NCBI GenBank assembly: GCA_050014195.1
Contig: JBEKDT010000007.1
Span: forward strand, 64,001 to 128,000
DNA length: 64,000 nt
DNA from: Desulfomonilia bacterium
GTDB lineage: Bacteria; Desulfobacterota; Desulfomonilia; UBA1062
Direction of reading: 5' to 3'
Under the pieces are notes generated by a model. That model saw only the letters and a program-made list of their open reading frames with translations. It was not told the DNA's origin and ran no database searches. Each line of letters starts with the position of its first letter. Positions within the stretch are counted from its first letter, which is position 1. The translations under genes were made by a program, and so were the position numbers. Below, piece after piece: positions 60,853 to 64,000 of the stretch.

Positions 60853-61027
60853 TTCCCCCAAAAACCATTTTTTTCCTGACCCCCTTCACAAAGCGCTGAG
60901 GGGTTAGAAAAAAATAAAAGGATGGTTCTGTTCTATCTTAGAAGGGACTTGTATTTAGGACCCATGGAGCGCTGCAAGCGGAGTGACAACTTCGTTGGCA
61001 TGACGGTTTTAAGGCAAGCGGAATGGG
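60853..61027 (-). promoter_or_regulatory. Frpo/ssi-like hairpin element 2
   Basis: Shares AGCGCTGCAAGCGGAGTGACAACT and CCCCTTCACAAAGC with element 3. Confidence 0.65.
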
Positions 61028-61137
61028 TGAATGGTCCCCTGGGTCCCTGGGGAACTAGGGGGGTAGGGTAAGGGGGGGGGCGATTTTTCGGGCTTTTGCT
61101 GATCCTTAAAGATGTAGTCAATCTATCGGCTATAATA

Positions 61138-61602
61138 TTAAAGGAAGAGAGTGTCCCGAATTGGCTTTACGCTTGCTTTATTAGAGGAAGAGAGAGCTGC
61201 GCTTAGCATTCCTGGCGTGGACATTTCATGTCTATTGACGACCGAGAGGAGTTGGTCAATGTAGTCTTCAATGGTTTGACCTTCTTCGATCGATTCATAT
61301 CGGTAGGTTTCCAGCATATCACCTATCTGATCAGCAATTACCGATCTTATATCATGGATAACGCCAGCTTTTTCATCCTGGAGGGAAATCTTACTAAGAT
61401 ACCTATCTAGTTGTTTCTGAGTGAGTACCCTTTGATCTATCTTATCCAAAACTACCAGATCACGTCCCGCTGGTTCAAGAATGAGGATATCCTTGTATTT
61501 TTCTTCCTTCTGTCGGTAGAACTCTGCAAAAAGGTCCTGAGATTTTTTCTTGGATCTAACGGCCTCATTCTTTTGTTTGTATTGTAGTATTGAAGCGTTC
61601 AT
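61138..61602 (-). CDS. Hypothetical protein downstream of a Frpo-like element
   Basis: ORF with likely ATG at 61602; no recognisable motif. Confidence 0.55.
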   Translation of the reverse strand: MNASILQYKQKNEAVRSKKKSQDLFAEFYRQKEEKYKDILILEPAGRDLVVLDKIDQRVLTQKQLDRYLSKISLQDEKAGVIHDIRSVIADQIGDMLETYRYESIEEGQTIEDYIDQLLSVVNRHEMSTPGMLSAALSSSNKASVKPIRDTLFL

Positions 61603-61631
61603 AAGGTAACTCTTTTCAGTCTTCAAAAATG

Positions 61632-61808
61632 TTCCCCAAAAAAACAATTTTCCTGAACCCCTTCACAAAGCACTGAGGGTTCAGAAAAATGATTAAAAAA
61701 AGACTGCGAAGCTACCATTTGCAAAGTCTTGATCATCTGGACACCTGCAGCGCTGCAAGCGGAGTGACAACTATGTTGGCGTGACGATTAGATGGCGAGC
61801 GGAAGGGG
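61632..61808 (-). promoter_or_regulatory. Frpo/ssi-like hairpin element 3
   Basis: Homologous to elements 1 and 2; AAAAGACTGCGAAGC matches AAAAGACCGCGAAGC in element 1. Confidence 0.65.
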
Positions 61809-62120
61809 CAGCAGTGCTACATAGAGATAAAGTTGAAATGTAACATCTGTGGGAGATTTTATGTCGGAGCATATTTATCAGGGGAGAACACAGTATTCGG
61901 AAAAATTGAACGCTAAGACTGGCGGTTGGTTAGGGACTATATCCCTTGTTTTGATGTCTGATGTGGAGAACTAATACATCACAGATCAAGGTCTTGCCCA
62001 AACTGAAGATTTCTTAACAAAACATCTACTATTTCTTGTCTGATTCAAGCTATTGATTTATCGAAGAAATCAATTATATTAGAAAATCGTCTACCCCAAC
62101 TTCCGTTTTACTCAGACAAC

Positions 62121-64000
62121 CTACAACACTCGTTCCATGAATTCACCAAGGGGGTGCCTTAAAGCCTCCGCAGCCGCAACAAGCAAGGTCTTCAGAGTAC
62201 TTCTCCCGCTGTCAACGCCATCGATTGTTTTGAGCAACGCAGGCACAGATATGCTTGGAGAGTAAAACTGAAAACGGTTCTGAGCATGCCTACGCCAGGA
62301 ACCAGCGAAGCACCGAGCAACGTGTCGATTGAAAAGCACTTGACGGGCGACACTTTTGTCGCTCATAAGCCCTGAAGTCAAAAAAGCTTGAAATTGCAAA
62401 GTTTTTTCGGGGGGTAACATACCCTGTAATAATCGGGCTGCAGCTCCACAACGCATGGTCGATGGAGATGCAGTGTCAATGGTGGCTGGTTGAAGTAAAT
62501 CAGCAGGTAGTGAGGCCCCCTTGAGGAGCAACCGAATATTGTTCGTCAGAACAGCTTCTTCACCGAGGAGTTGGTTACTCACATCGAGCCAGAGCTTCAA
62601 GTGAGCTAGCAAATCTGCGCCTGTACAAATAACACCAGCACACAGCAGACCAAACCAGCTTTCAGGAGCAATTGGAAAACTTGATTTGGGTACATCATCT
62701 TGATCCAGCAGGGTCAGGCCCTGTTGCATGTTAACTGATAACTCAGCTGTAGCTCTGTCGAAGGCCAAAAGAGTCTCAATGAAACCAGCCCCTGCGCCAG
62801 TGGAATAAGCCAATGCGAGTTTTGCTTCAATCGCAAACCATCGAACAACGAAGTACCTTGAAGTCTCCAACACTTCCAATTCCTGAGCAATCCCTGCCGG
62901 TTCCTTCTCCAATGTCGAAACTAGGTGCAGAATTTGAGCTCGGGTTATCTCGCTACGAGCGACTTGCCCGGGCTCGATCTTGGAGACTTTCAGATCGGGT
63001 GAGCTAGCATATCCTGGCTCAAACTGTGGCTCGATCTGAGTTGTCTTCCACAGGCTATTCTCGATTGTTCTGTAAACCGCAAAAGCTGCTCGTTGCACTG
63101 CTTCCCATCGTTCATCATCTTCCACCGCAGCCTCTGCTGGTAATAACAAGACAGCTTCTGCCAATAGCCTTGCCGCGATGGCCTGGTCTCCTGTAAGTGA
63201 TATTGCTAACGCTGCATCCACCTGAAGTCCGAATTTGGTTAGCGCAAAGGAACCTGGCTGAACGGAATTTGCAGCGTTAAGGAAGATTTGTCCTGCTTTA
63301 TCCCATTGTTTGAGTCGAGCGGCACTTATGCCAGCTCGTCGATAGGCAAACGGGTCGAGAGTAGTTCTGCTGACGGGGTCATTGGTCAACTGATCCCAGA
63401 TCTCAAGAACGGATTTATCATCTTGTGCGTGAAAAAGGACGTTGGCTCGCTGCTCCATGAGCACGACCGACGGACCGAATGCCATCTCGGCTTGTTCAAG
63501 TACAGAGAGAGCCTCTTCACTTCGTTTAAGGTACTCTGTCAGAATGATTGCTCTGGCTTTCGCAGCTTCTCGGCCAAATCGAGGTGAGGCTCGTCGCTTC
63601 GCGTACTCTTCTATACGTTCAAATAGCTCTATCCAGGGATTCCAATCCTTAATTTGTTCATGTGCAGTGGCCCATGCACTATGTACGAATGCACCTAAGC
63701 TCTGAACGAGAGGCCATTCCAGCATTGCATCAAATTGCTGCCTAATGTCTTCTGTTGCAACGTTATCCAACCAGTGCAACAATTCGTCGAGGTTGCTCAA
63801 CTCGCGAATGCTTCGACTGGCATAAAGAAATATTACTTGGGTTATTGTTCCACCTTTGGGCATACCGTCTTCTGCATTGGCATTTTCAAAAAACTGTATA
63901 CCCAAATTTGAGTGAGCATCTAAAATCTCCCTCGGTAGCGTTGGAATTCCCATGATGGCCTCAAGGCGAAATTTGAGCGGTATCTTGGAATTATCTGTAA
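62121..64000 (-). CDS. C-terminal part of a large alpha-helical (TPR-like) protein, 5' end beyond the window
   Basis: Frame stays open to the window edge; Ala/Leu-rich helical repeats. Confidence 0.75.
   Translation of the reverse strand, partial: TDNSKIPLKFRLEAIMGIPTLPREILDAHSNLGIQFFENANAEDGMPKGGTITQVIFLYASRSIRELSNLDELLHWLDNVATEDIRQQFDAMLEWPLVQSLGAFVHSAWATAHEQIKDWNPWIELFERIEEYAKRRASPRFGREAAKARAIILTEYLKRSEEALSVLEQAEMAFGPSVVLMEQRANVLFHAQDDKSVLEIWDQLTNDPVSRTTLDPFAYRRAGISAARLKQWDKAGQIFLNAANSVQPGSFALTKFGLQVDAALAISLTGDQAIAARLLAEAVLLLPAEAAVEDDERWEAVQRAAFAVYRTIENSLWKTTQIEPQFEPGYASSPDLKVSKIEPGQVARSEITRAQILHLVSTLEKEPAGIAQELEVLETSRYFVVRWFAIEAKLALAYSTGAGAGFIETLLAFDRATAELSVNMQQGLTLLDQDDVPKSSFPIAPESWFGLLCAGVICTGADLLAHLKLWLDVSNQLLGEEAVLTNNIRLLLKGASLPADLLQPATIDTASPSTMRCGAAARLLQGMLPPEKTLQFQAFLTSGLMSDKSVARQVLFNRHVARCFAGSWRRHAQNRFQFYSPSISVPALLKTIDGVDSGRSTLKTLLVAAAEALRHPLGEFMERVL

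Noticed and set aside
62001-62025. Reverse copy of the cassette repeat (ATGTTT-N9-ATCTTCAGTT)
   Set aside because: Similarity is limited to about 25 bp and the flanking motifs are not at the expected spacing.
1-64000. tRNA, rRNA, IS transposases or prophage structural genes
   Set aside because: None recognised by eye; a covariance-model or HMM search would be needed to exclude them formally.

Overview
This window is most of a conjugative, iteron-type plasmid or plasmid-derived element. A Desulfobacterota/deltaproteobacterial host is an inference from gene content only. The backbone comprises a Rep_3/RepB initiator with about 14 iterons, parAB, a MOBQ TraA relaxase-helicase with its oriT, a Trb-type T4SS with a TrwB/TraD-like coupling protein, ardC, umuDC and SRAP. 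Cargo includes a Shango-like TerB/ATPase/helicase operon, an SF2 helicase-nuclease, DUF2971, a dcm-DUF4928-vsr restriction-modification-like locus and a Dam/metallophosphoesterase/ATPase/accessory operon. Four observations not explained by the ORF track stand out. (1) Four same-orientation degenerate 90-150 bp repeats separate single unrelated genes and end at an IHF gene and a tyrosine recombinase, a possible non-integron cassette-capture system. (2) A redox/arsenic module sits between two dif-like sites and contains two probable selenoproteins, one missing from the ORF track. (3) Three homologous hairpin elements (Frpo/ssi-like) precede ardC and two unknown genes on the transferred strand. 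(4) There is a candidate promoter/terminator-bounded sRNA. All family assignments come from motif recognition by eye; no database search was run.
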